Notes: a model not told the origin generated them from the letters alone. Counted from the whole stretch's first letter, positions 27,451 through 38,767 are shown. The stretch is 63,521 nt of DNA, filler included, from Octopus bimaculoides (GCF_001194135.2; 5 parts of 5 records of this genome joined end to end with filler, not necessarily neighbours in it), one strand, 5' to 3'. A program made the numbers and translations.

Positions 27451-28089
27451 CAACAGAAAGAAAGATAAGTAAAACAAAAAAAAAAAAAATAATAAAAAAA
27501 ACAATAACGACATTTGTTAATTCACAGAGACAGATGAAGTGGTGGGGTCGGGGGTAGACAAGTAGAGGTGTGGGAGTCACCTTCTCCCCCTTATCAGCAT
27601 CACTACCACCATCACCCCAACACATACATATATGATCACCCACTATCCACTGGCTGCTATTTCTAGCAGATGTTTGACCTGAAAGAAATAGCAGTCAAAT
27701 TACGCTAAAGCTAGAACACGTAGGTCGATGAAGTCCAAGGTGTACTGCTACCACCAACGCCCGTCCACCAGCACCAGCACCACCACCACCACCACCCCAA
27801 ATAAGACAGGATGGTCAGAGCTGGAGCGCCTTGTATTGTAGGTCTGCTCTTACCAATGTGCGATTGAAGTTGAAATTAAAACCTGGACAACAACAAGATG
27901 TAACAACCTGACCATCCACCCCTGCCAACCACTATCCATTCCCCACATCCTCACACATTCGCCGCATCCAACAAAAAGTTTACTCACAGCTCACTGCCCA
28001 CCACACACACACACACACACATCATTGAATGTCCACTGGACACTTACTGCTGCAAAATGGACACCACAACACACACACACACACACACT

Positions 28090-29240
28090 TTACATTTCAT
28101 CAAAGTTGGGTCCACAAGGGCCTGTGGTTGCCCTCCAAGATGGTCCCTGATGGTCCAGAGTGTCACTACACGTAAACCACATTACACACACACACACACT
28201 TTATTTCTTCATAATCAAGTCATATATTTTAGGCATTCATAAATCTTGTGGTGGTCCATAACGACCCATATTTGTGCAAGGTTGTCCACAATGGACCGGT
28301 GTCACAATACACCAAAACCTTATATCAACACACACTTCACATTTCATTATACTCAGGTCAATCACTTTAGGCATTCATGGACCTTGTGGTTGCCCATAAG
28401 GGCCCACACTCATCCAAGGTGGTCCACTGGACCAGATTGGCAGACTACAACAAAACCACACATACATATCACCACACCACACCACACCACACACAAACTT
28501 CATATTATACTTTATCATATACAAGTCAACTATTTTAGACATCTGTAAACCTTGTGGTGGTCCATAATGGTCCACAGTTGTGCAAGGTGGTCCACAGTGN
28601 NNNNNNNNNACACACACTTCACATTTCATTATACTCAGGTCAATCACTTTAGGCATTCATGGACCTTGTGGTTGCCCATAAGGGCCCACACTCATCCAAG
28701 GTGGTCCACTGGACCAGATTGGCAGACTACAACAAAACCACACATACATATCACCACACCACACCACACCACACACAAACTTCATATTATACTTTATCAT
28801 ATACAAGTCAACTATTTTAGACATCTGTAAACCTTGTGGTGGTCCATAATGGTCCACAGTTGTGCAAGGTGGTCCACAGTGGAGAAGAGTGTCACAATAC
28901 ACCAAAACCTCACATCAAACCCACACACACGGACACTCTTCAGATTTCATCATACCCAGGTGAATTGTTTCAAGTGTTCATAAAACTTGTAGCAGTCCAT
29001 AATGATCTAGAGCCACCCAAGATGGTCCTTAATGGTCCAGAGTGGTTTATAGCAGCCCAGAGGGGCACACTACACCAAAACCACCCCATATCACACACAC
29101 ACACATTTCATCATACTAAGGTCATTATTTTAGGCGTTTAAAAATCTTGTGATGGTCCATGAAGATCTACACATTTACCCAAAGTGGTCCAAAGTGCACA
29201 ATAGTGGTCCAGCGTAGCATATAGTGGCCCACAGCGGCCC
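28090..29240. repeat. Satellite-like tandem array, ~110-160-bp monomers with a 282-bp higher-order repeat
   Basis: Recurring catttcat..tcaggtca..tttaggcatt..ccttgtggt..cataa..caaggtggtccac; 28341-28599 is repeated at a +282 offset. Confidence 0.88.
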
Positions 29241-29377
29241 ATAGAGTTCTTTGTGGTTCATAGTTTTACTGCTTTTTATGTTTTTTGTTTTGTTCTTTGT
29301 CTTTGCGCATCTGTTTTGCTTTCCGTCGTTCGTCCTTGATTTGTTGTTTCTGGTAAAGACTCGACACCAATTTGTAA

Positions 29378-29387
29378 CTAACGAGCG
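29378..29387 (-). CDS. Candidate terminal coding exon for the above (S-A-R-stop)
   Basis: Very strong minus-strand acceptor ttttctctctttctctctctttccag| at 29389-29388. Phase-2 join gives AGC GCT CGT TAG, followed by A-rich UTR-like sequence. Confidence 0.3.
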
Positions 29388-29612
29388 CTGGAAAGAGAGA
29401 GAAAGAGAGAAAATTTATGATATGTTTTAGTAACGACTCACATAGATATTACACAAATATTAACATAGGCACATGGTTTCCGGTTCAGTCCCACTGCATG
29501 GCATCTTGGGCAAGTGTCTTCTGGTCAACCAAAGCCTTTTGAGTGGATTTGGTAGACGGAAACTGAAAGAAGCCCACCGTATATATATACATATATATAT
29601 TATATATGTGTA

Positions 29613-29641
<29 letters not shown>

Positions 29642-29643
<2 letters not shown>

Positions 29644-29795
29644 CATCATCATCATCATCATCGTTTAACGTCCGTTTTCCATGCTAGCATGGGTTGGACG
29701 ATTTGACTGAGGACTGGTGAAACCGGATGGCAACACCAGGCTCCAGTCTGATTTGGCAGAGTTTCTACAGCTGGATGCCCTTCCTAACGCCAACC
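29642..29795 (-). mobile_element. SINE/LINE-tail family C with a (TGA)n tail on the minus strand
   Basis: (cat)n-cgtttaacgtcc...gtttctacagctggatgcccttcctaacgccaacca; an identical 36-mer at 40874-40909 and a diverged copy at ~43985-44105. Confidence 0.7.
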
Positions 29796-29804
29796 ATATG
29801 TGTA

Positions 29805-29849
<45 letters not shown>

Positions 29850-29861
29850 TATATATGTGTA

Positions 29862-29900
<39 letters not shown>

Positions 29901-30033
29901 NNNNNNNNNNNNNNNNNNNNNNNNNNNNNNNNNNNNNNNNNNNNNNNNNNNNNNNNNNNNNNNNNNNNNNNNNNNNNNNNNNNNNNNNNNNNNNNNNNNN
30001 NNNNNNNNNNNNNNNNNNNNNNNNNNNNNNNNN

Positions 30034-30078
<45 letters not shown>

Positions 30079-30090
30079 TATATATGTGTA

Positions 30091-30136
<46 letters not shown>

Positions 30137-30139
30137 GTA

Positions 30140-30180
<41 letters not shown>

Positions 30181-30445
30181 GTACATACACATATATATGC
30201 ACATATATATGCCATGTATATTCCCCACCTGGGTGGGATGCTGGTCCATCATAGAATGACTTGTTGTTACCATATATGAGAATCCAATCTTTTCCATATA
30301 GAATACACTTAATTAGTGCTCATTAGATTTAAATTTGAGCGGGTAGAAAGAGAGAGAGAGAGAGTGTGTGTGTGTGTGTATATAATGATAATCTCTATAT
30401 ATAATTGAAGCTCTTACATAGATAAGTTATGAATTGATTTCATAC

Positions 30446-30597
30446 CTGGTGTCTACTCGTTTATACATTTGTTCGGCGATCCTTCGGTATTGGTCTACAT
30501 CGTGTCGGTATGAGGAGACGACGTCATCCACCCTCTTTCCCCACCCTGGTCGCTTAACTATGTCATGAGGCAAGGTTGTATGGGTGAATGATGTCGT
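30446..30597 (-). CDS. Candidate exon of a neuropeptide-precursor-like ORF (PGW/RPGW-amide-like)
   Basis: TAG|TTSFTHTTLPHDIVKRPGWGKRVDDVVSSYRHDVDQYRRIAEQMYKRVDT-AG|GTATGA. Four dibasic sites and a GKR amidation signal in 50 codons, with a strong donor. The acceptor is weak and no signal-peptide exon is confirmed. Confidence 0.35.
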
Positions 30598-31092
30598 CTA
30601 CCGATACCGAAGGATTGTTTTTTTCCGTTCTACAACACCTACATGTATACCATATGTACATACGTATAGACTTACATATAAGCATACGAATGCTACCATC
30701 GCGAAACGTTCGTCTTTCACGTGTGTATATATATACAAATATATATATACACACATATGCACATAGATATGTATATTTATACGTATATACATACGCATAT
30801 TTCGACACATACATAGATATTAATATATAGCTTTATACACGTATACTTGTGCATGTATAATTACGTGTGTGTGTGTGTGTATACGCATGCATTCACATAC
30901 ACGTGTCTGTACGCTAATAATCGGTCTCTGTATACCATAATTCTCTCTATATATCTATCACATGCGAACACAAAACTGTCTGTCTTGTCTCTATTTCCGT
31001 CATTCAACAAACACACAAACTCTCACTTTCTCCAGGTCTCTATGTATCCGACTATCACACACATACACAGTCTTCCTCTCTTTCTACGAGCA

Positions 31093-31129
<37 letters not shown>

Positions 31130-32556
31130 NNNNNNNNNNNNNNNNNNNNNNNNNNNNNNNNNNNNNNNNNNNNNNNNNNNNNNNNNNNNNNNNNNNNNNN
31201 NNNNNNNNNNNNNNNNNNNNNNNNNNNNNNNNNNNNNNNNNNNNNNNNNNNNNNNNNNNNNNNNNNNNNNNNNNNNNNNNNNNNNNNNNNNNNNNNNNNN
31301 NNNNNNNNNNNNNNNNNNNNNNNNNNNNNNNNNNNNNNNNNNNNNNNNNNNNNNNNNNNNNNNNNNNNNNNNNNNNNNNNNNNNNNNNNNNNNNNNNNNN
31401 NNNNNNNNNNNNNNNNNNNNNNNNNNNNNNNNNNNNNNNNNNNNNNNNNNNNNNNNNNNNNNNNNNNNNNNNNNNNNNNNNNNNNNNNNNNNNNNNNNNN
31501 NNNNNNNNNNNNNNNNNNNNNNNNNNNNNNNNNNNNNNNNNNNNNNNNNNNNNNNNNNNNNNNNNNNNNNNNNNNNNNNNNNNNNNNNNNNNNNNNNNNN
31601 NNNNNNNNNNNNNNNNNNNNNNNNNNNNNNNNNNNNNNNNNNNNNNNNNNNNNNNNNNNNNNNNNNNNNNNNNNNNNNNNNNNNNNNNNNNNNNNNNNNN
31701 NNNNNNNNNNNNNNNNNNNNNNNNNNNNNNGTGTGTGTGTGTGTGTGTGTGTGTGTGCGTATTGACACGTATGTGTTTAACTTTAGTTATATACGCTTAT
31801 AAATATAAAAGTATAGATATATATCTATCATATATTGCTCTGTTTTCGAGTGGAGAGGTGTTTTAGTTGCCGTGTGGGGAGATATTTTTTGCGGGTATAT
31901 AATATATGTATTTATATACATACACACACACACTTGTATGTGTATATCTAAATTGATTTCTTTTTATATTTATATGAACACTTGTTTGTTTATACAAACG
32001 CCTTATGCGCTTGTATATATATATATATATATATACGTATGTATACAAATAATATTCTCCTGGCAAGTGTTAGAGTTGTAGATCCTTGTAGAAATCGTAT
32101 TAAATATCCGCTTTTTTTCTCCTCAACTCTGTCGTGCCAGTAAACGTGGAGCTATTTAACCAGACATGCATACACACACACTACATACATACATACATAC
32201 ATATATATNNNNNNNNNNTATATATGGTCCAAAGAACAAGTGCGCGTTTCTTGGTTCCTGGTTTAATTATGTTATTTTTTTTTCTCTCTTTTAGTAAATA
32301 TGTCTTGTGTTTGGTCTTAGAATTTTTTTTTACTTTTTAGGTTCTTCTGTATTTTTCCTTTTTTTTTCTTCTTTTTTATCCACGTTTTTCCTTCTGGTTT
32401 TGTATCATATTCTAGCGTTTTTCTATGTTATATTCCGCCCGTGACTCACATTCAAGACATCACACAACGTGTTTTCTCTCTCTCTCTGTGTCTCTGTCTC
32501 TTTTAATCGCCGATCCGATCCGCAACACAGCAAGTTGCCGCACACACCAACACACT

Positions 32557-32596
<40 letters not shown>

Positions 32597-33489
32597 TTCC
32601 TCGTGGGACTAACATGTACACACACACGAGCGCATATATAGATATAGATATATATATATGTATATATAGCGACTGTGTATTTGTGTTCTGGTCTCTCTTT
32701 CGTTCTCTCTTTTCTTCTGTCTCTCCTCAAAGTCACCCGTATTTCATTTTCGAGTTGCTGAACCTGTGTCACTGACAAATATGTATTCTTCCTTCCTTGG
32801 TCACCGTTTTCTTCCTCTTCTTCTTCTTTTGCTTCTTCTGCTTCTATCTTTTCATCTCCACTTCTTTTTTTCTTTCTTTTGTCAGATATTATCTTAAATT
32901 GCCCTGAAAATTCGAAAAAAACACACTCGCTGGAGGAGACATGATAAGATATAGAATAATGAATGCGAAAACGTCCTCCCCCCCTCCACGCCGCTTCCGA
33001 CAAAAAGAATTAAAACAAACACAAACAAAAAGAAATGCTAACAGCTGGCACCTAGAATTGAAACTAACACGTTTGATTTAGATGCTGGTGTGTGTGTGTG
33101 TGCGTGTAGGTGGGGGGGGGGGCTGACGGTTTAAATCGTTTGTATGAATGAATGAAAAGAGTAGATGAATGGTTTTAAAACGAACGAGAGAAAGAAAGAG
33201 AGAGAGAGAGACTGGTGTACAGGTGTGGTGTTTGTGGTTGGTATTTACAGCACAAGTTCGACCTAGATCGATCACACACCTGTAATCGAAGGATCAAAGA
33301 CTTCTCACTCAATCGTGTGAAGAGTTTGTTGTTATTATTATTTTTTATTATTAGTGTTTAGTCTGTAAGGCAGTGCATGTTTGTTTGTCTAGGGTCGCGT
33401 TATCCAAAATATGCCCCATTTTTGTCGCTTTATTAGTGGAGGGGAAAGAAAAACTTACACGTCACCCCTAACGTCGTAAAGAGCGAGAG

Positions 33490-33529
<40 letters not shown>

Positions 33530-35919
33530 CGCACATTTATGTATGTAACTATCTGTCTGTCACTCTGTCGATCTACATATTTTGTATTTATGTTTAACAG
33601 CAGCAGCGGAGTGACTGAAGGACCGAGAGTTTCGTGCGTTAGCACTTATCAACCCTTATCTGTTGATCTATCTGTCTTTCTTTTTCTCTGTCTCTCTATT
33701 TATCTGTCTATCTATCTAGCTCTCTCTCTCTCTCCCTATCTATCTATCTACCTATCTATCTATCATCTATTTGAAAAGAAACATATATCTATCTATATAT
33801 AGATTCAGGTGAATATGGTACTTAAGTTTAGGCACCAGAATTTAGTACGGTATTATCCATACAATTTCAAAGTAAGGTGATTAAAATCAAAATAAGCAAC
33901 AAGGATATCCAGAGGTAATGCAGTACGATCGTTTCATGCAACTCCATTTAATTGAACAATGCAATCATTACATCAATTTAAAATGCAGAGCAATCCTCAG
34001 CTGCACAAAGACATAAAATTTAATTAAATTAGATGGACACACTTTAGTATAATTATACCTAAAATCTCCGAGAAGTTAAGGAGATAGACAAAGAACACGT
34101 TGTCTCCACTACAACATAGAAGTTAATAAATAAATTGTCAAGAAGACTCTGCCTGTCACTGATCTTATTTGTTTTTGTTTTTTTTATGGGGTCAGTTTTA
34201 ATTTATAGTCTAGTTTATCAAAACTTGTATATCTAAGGCTGAGAAATTAACAACAAACAAGACGAGGACAAATATCCATCAAATGTAAATAATGTAAATA
34301 ATGTACATCTCTTAAATATAGAACTGTATTACAAAAAGTAAATCCGTGGATCGATTCGTTCGGCTAAAAGTGGTGCCCCAGCATGGCCGCAGTCAAATGA
34401 CTGAAATAAGTAAAAGAATAAAATTAAAAAACGTGTATGCGTGTGTGTGTGTGTGTCTGCGTTGTCCCCCCCCCCCGTTTAACAAATCCTAGCGGTTCGG
34501 CAAAAGCGTTCGATAAAGTAACAGGCTTAAAAGTACTGGGAGAAGGGAGGGTCGATTCATTCGACAAAAAAAAAAAAGAAAACTACAAGGCGGTGCTCCA
34601 GCATGGCCGCAGTCAAGTGAATGTAAAACAAGTAATAGGAAAACGATAAAAGATGACAGCACATGTTGTTTGCTAGAAATGGCAGCCAAATCTCTCTCAA
34701 ATCACATCCTATTGCCTTAAAAATGGCAAAAGTAAACAAAACAACTCCACCACCATCAGAATCCAAAGTCAGGATTACATTTCTTAAAACAAGACTGTAT
34801 GGTCATGTTCGGAACGTCCGGTTCGTTCCCTACCGATGCCGCCGCCACCATCACTACTACTGCCAAGATGCTTACTACTTCTACTACTACTACTACTCGC
34901 ATCTGCAAGAGGAAAACGTTCCCTCCTACCACGGCGGCTTTTATCACTACGACCATCATCGTCATCATCATAAAGAATAACCAGCATGTGACGTTACCTC
35001 CTACCACGACATCTTTTATCACTCCGACCACCATCCAACAGTAGCGTTAGTATTGTCGTTACTACTGCTCCCACCACCACACTACTACTCCTACCACTAA
35101 CCGCCAGGGAGTGAGAGAGACAGAGAGAGAGACACAAACACAGAAAGAGAGAGAGGGAGTGAGAAAGATAGACGTTGCCTCCTAACACGTCTTTTACTAC
35201 TTCTACCACCCCCACCAACATCATCACTATCATTATCACAATGAATATACCGTTATTGTCACTGCTACCACTATGATGTTAAGTACTCCTGCNNNNNNNN
35301 NNNNNNNNNNNNNNNNNNNNNNNNNNNNNNNNNNNNNNNNNNNNNNNNNNNNNNNNNNNNNNNNNNNNNNNNNNNNNNNNNNNNNNNNNNNNNNNNNNNN
35401 NNNNNNNNNNNNNNNNNNNNNNNNNNNNNNNNNNNNNNNNNNNNNNNNNNNNNNNNNNNNNNNNNNNNNNNNNNNNNNNNNNNNNNNNNNNNNNNNNNNN
35501 NNNNNNNNNNNNNNNNNNNNNNNNNNNNNNNNNNNNNNNNNNNNNNNNNNNNNNNNNNNNNNNNNNNNNNNNNNNNNNNNNNNNNNNNNNNNNNNNNNNN
35601 NNNNNNNNNNNNNNNNNNNNNNNNNNNNNNNNNNNNNNNNNNNNNNNNNNNNNNNNNNNNNNNNNNNNNNNNNNNNNNNNNNNNNNNNNNNNNNNNNNNN
35701 NNNNNNNNNNNNNNNNNNNNNNNNNNNNNNNNNNNNNNNNNNNNNNNNNNNNNNNNNNNNNNNNNNNNNNNNNNNNNNNNNNNNNNNNNNNNNNNNNNNN
35801 NNNNNNNNNNNNNNNNNNNNNNNNNNNNNNNNNNNNNNNNNNNNNNNNNNNNNNNNNNNNNNNNNNNNNNNNNNNNNNNNNNNNNNNNNNNNNNNNNNNN
35901 NNNNNNNNNNNNNNNNNNT

Positions 35920-36006
35920 GATCTATTGGTCTTTTAATTGTCGAACCGCTAAGTTACGGGGACGTAAACACACCAACACCTGTTGTCAAGCTGTGGTGGG
36001 GAACAA

Positions 36007-36047
<41 letters not shown>

Positions 36048-36208
36048 CGACAAGCTTCTTTCAGTTTCCGTCTTCCAAATCTACTCACAAAGCTTAAATT
36101 GGCCCAAGGCTACATTATAAGTCACTCGCCCGAGGTGCCACACAGTGGGACTGAACACAGAACCATGCGGTTTAAAAGCAAACTTCTTTCTACATAGCCA
36201 TGCCTGCG
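35920..36208 (-). mobile_element. SINE family A copy
   Basis: gccgaaccgctaagttacggggacgtaaacacacc ... ccaaatctactcacaa ... gtgccacacagtgggactgaac, shared with the other copies. Confidence 0.8.
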
Positions 36209-36438
36209 TCTCCTCTCTCTCTCTTTCTCTTTCTATCCACACACATATATATTATATATAGTCTTGAGGTTCCACATTTTGCCAGTTTCTATTTCTATTT
36301 GCCAAAATTTCTAATTTGGGTTTCTATGGCTGGAAGCCCTTCCTGACCCCAGCCACTTTACAGAATATGCTGGGTGCTTTCATTCAACACTACATGGATG
36401 TTTTTACATGGTACCACATGAACGCTTTTATGTGACAC

Positions 36439-36757
36439 CGTGAAGGCACGTGGCTCAGTGGTTAGGGCATTCGTCTCACGGTCGTAAAGTTGTGAGTTCA
36501 TTTCCAGGCAACACATTGTGTCCTTGAGCAAGACACTTCATTTCACTTCACTCCAGTCCACTCCGCTGGCAAAAATGAGTTGTACCTGCATTTCAAAGGG
36601 CCAGCCTTTTCACACTCTGAATCTCCCTGAGACCTATGTTAAGGGTACACGTGTCTGTGGAGTGCTCAGCCACTTGCACGTTAATCTCACGAGCCGGCTG
36701 TTCCGTTGATTGGATCGACTGGAACCCTCATCGTTGTAACCGACGGAGTGCTCCCAT
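36439..36757 (+). mobile_element. Apparently full-length tRNA-derived SINE with a 13-bp target-site duplication
   Basis: A-box-like TGGCTCAGTGG, B-box-like GAGTTCATTTCC; TTTTATGTGACAC at 36426-36438 and 36758-36770. Confidence 0.82.
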
Positions 36758-36849
36758 TTTTATGTGACACAGCAAAGATGCTTTTACATGTTGCTACATG
36801 GGCGCATATGTGAGAAAAAATAGTTGTGTGTGTATGAGTATGTGTGAAA

Positions 36850-37140
36850 GAGACATGGCTTCAAGGCCACTGCATCCAAGGATCTTTCTAAAAATCAAAT
36901 CCCACTTGAAAGGAACAAGATTTCAAAATGTCAAAGAAATCGAAGAGGATGTGACATGGCCGATGCTCACTAATCCCCAAAAAGGAGTTCCAGGAATTCT
37001 TCCATCAATGGAAATAGTTCTGGAAAAAAGTGAGCGGCTTCAGAAGAGGACATCATTGAGGGGAAATTAGATAATGAATCGATATGGGTTGGAGTTTCGT
37101 TTTTATAGCCCCAGTCCCGATACTTTATGGTCAGACCTCA
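36850..37140 (+). mobile_element. Mariner transposase C-terminal fragment with right TIR
   Basis: FLKIKSHLKGTRFQNVKEIEE...FQEFFHQWK; ends with tactttatggtcagacctca followed by TA. Confidence 0.75.
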
Positions 37141-38019
37141 TACAGAGATCTTGAGAGCATCCTCAATACAGCCTTCTGAACAGAGTCATCATTAGATGGC
37201 TTCAATCTGAGAACTTCACCATCTATAAGATGTTTCAGCCCTTAACATATACTGACATTCTAAAAAAGCTCAAGGGAAGTCCATAATGCAACCACAAGGC
37301 TCAAGTGGGGTTCAAACGCCACATACATCTGGGACGCTGTTGCTGTTACATGCACACAAGCATCCTGGACTGTGTTTGCAGAAGGACCACTCGACAGATT
37401 GCCTTACAATCCCCAACAGGCAGACTCCAGACTCTACTTCTCACTGTTTCCTCTATCTGACTCGCTAATTACACACTCTAGCCTCTGGGCCCCAAGTGTG
37501 CTGTCTCACTTCATTTCTCTCTCTCTCTCTCTCTTACAGACACTCTCCTGTCTCTGGTCCACAGGTACACTTGGTCCTCTCTCTCTGTCTATGAGACACA
37601 CTCCAGTCTCTGGCTCACAGTCGTGATGTCTCCTTTCTCTCTCTCACAAGCAGACACACTCCAGTCTCTCTGTCTCTCTCTCTCTAACAGACGTACTCCA
37701 ACCTCTGGCCCAAGGAGAAGGCAACATGCCTGTGCACGCAATAGTTTTTGTTATAGATTCTATAGCCACGATAAAGGCTTTTGTTCCTTGCACGCAGCTG
37801 GTCCCGTACCCTACACCATTCAGTCACCCCCGGACCCAACGGACTTCATCATTTCTCTGCAATCACCATCCTGCTCATCTGTTTCCTTCAGATATTGACC
37901 TGCAACAAATTAAAAACACACAAAAAAACAAAAACATTAACAACATCAAATTGGAAGAAGGGGGTCTGCAAGAATCGTGGGATCTGTTCCTGCCTCTTGA
38001 CCCAGCAATTAAACGAAAC

Positions 38020-38480
38020 CCTTTCAAATACACATATTTTCCTCTTTCTCTTTCTTACATCATCTCTCTCTCTCTCAAATATTTTCGTCCCCCTCCCTCC
38101 CTCTCTCTCTCAAATACTTATCCCTTCGTTTCTCCTCCCTCTCTCAATTACTTTCGTCCTTTTCCCCCCCTCTCTCTCTTAAATATTTTGCTCTTTCCTC
38201 CCTCTCTCTCAATTACTTCCTCTTTCTCACTTCCTTCTCAAATATAGTCAACCTCCCTCCCCACTCGCTCTCAAACACTTTCTTCTTTCATATACTCTCC
38301 CCCCTCCTCTCTCTTGAATACTTTCATTCTCCCCTATTTCTCAAATACTTTCGTTCCTCCTTCTCCCCTATTCATCCTTCCTCTCCCTTTCCCCTCCCTG
38401 TCATATACTTTTTCTTTTTTCCCTTTTCCTTATCCCTCTCTCTTCGTCCTTTCGTTCTCTCACTCTCTCTCTCTTTCTTT
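38020..38480. repeat. Pyrimidine-rich degenerate tandem repeat upstream of SEC11
   Basis: Repeated ctctctcaaatactttcgtcc-like units. Confidence 0.6.
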
Positions 38481-38529
38481 CGTAATCACTCACACTCTCT
38501 CATACGCGCGCACACACACCTCCTCCCCT

Positions 38530-38767
38530 CCCTCCTATATAAATACACACTCGAAAGCTGACGTAGCGTTTCAACGACGAGATCTCGCCGAACGAACGTG
38601 AAAACCGGGACTAGTTTCCCCTCTACGGTACCTTCCACTCTCACTCCCACTACCACTTCCACCTCCTTCACTCTGACGCCTCGAGTCGGAAGCAACCGCT
38701 GTCTTTTCAGCCTCTACTCCCACCGTCACTCACCTCAGCACTTCACTCACTCGAGTGCGAACAACCA
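38530..38767 (+). promoter_or_regulatory. SEC11 core promoter / 5' UTR region
   Basis: Locally CpG-rich. Contains TATATAAA at 38536-38543, CRE-like TGACGT at 38559-38564 and ETS-like CGGAAG at 38687-38692, directly upstream of the ATG. The TSS is not determined. Confidence 0.5.

Noticed and set aside
26984-27643. 219-aa hydrophobic, poly-Leu/Thr ORF
   Set aside because: Product of trinucleotide repeats and poly-A runs; no domain
28090-29240. Regularly spaced repeats superficially like a CRISPR array
   Set aside because: Eukaryotic context, long diverged monomers with repeated rather than unique spacers, and no cas genes
29275-29387. Alternative frame of the candidate terminal exon, LVSYKLVSSLYQKQQIKDERRKAKQMRKDKEQNKKT*
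   Set aside because: It looks protein-like but needs a phase-1 upstream exon. The 30446 donor has a stop in that phase and no other suitable exon was found, so it remains only an alternative if one lies in a gap.
36445-36510. tRNA-like sequence (also 50478-50540)
   Set aside because: It has A/B boxes but no complete cloverleaf, and the 36445 copy continues into a SINE body flanked by a TSD. These are SINE heads, not tRNA genes.
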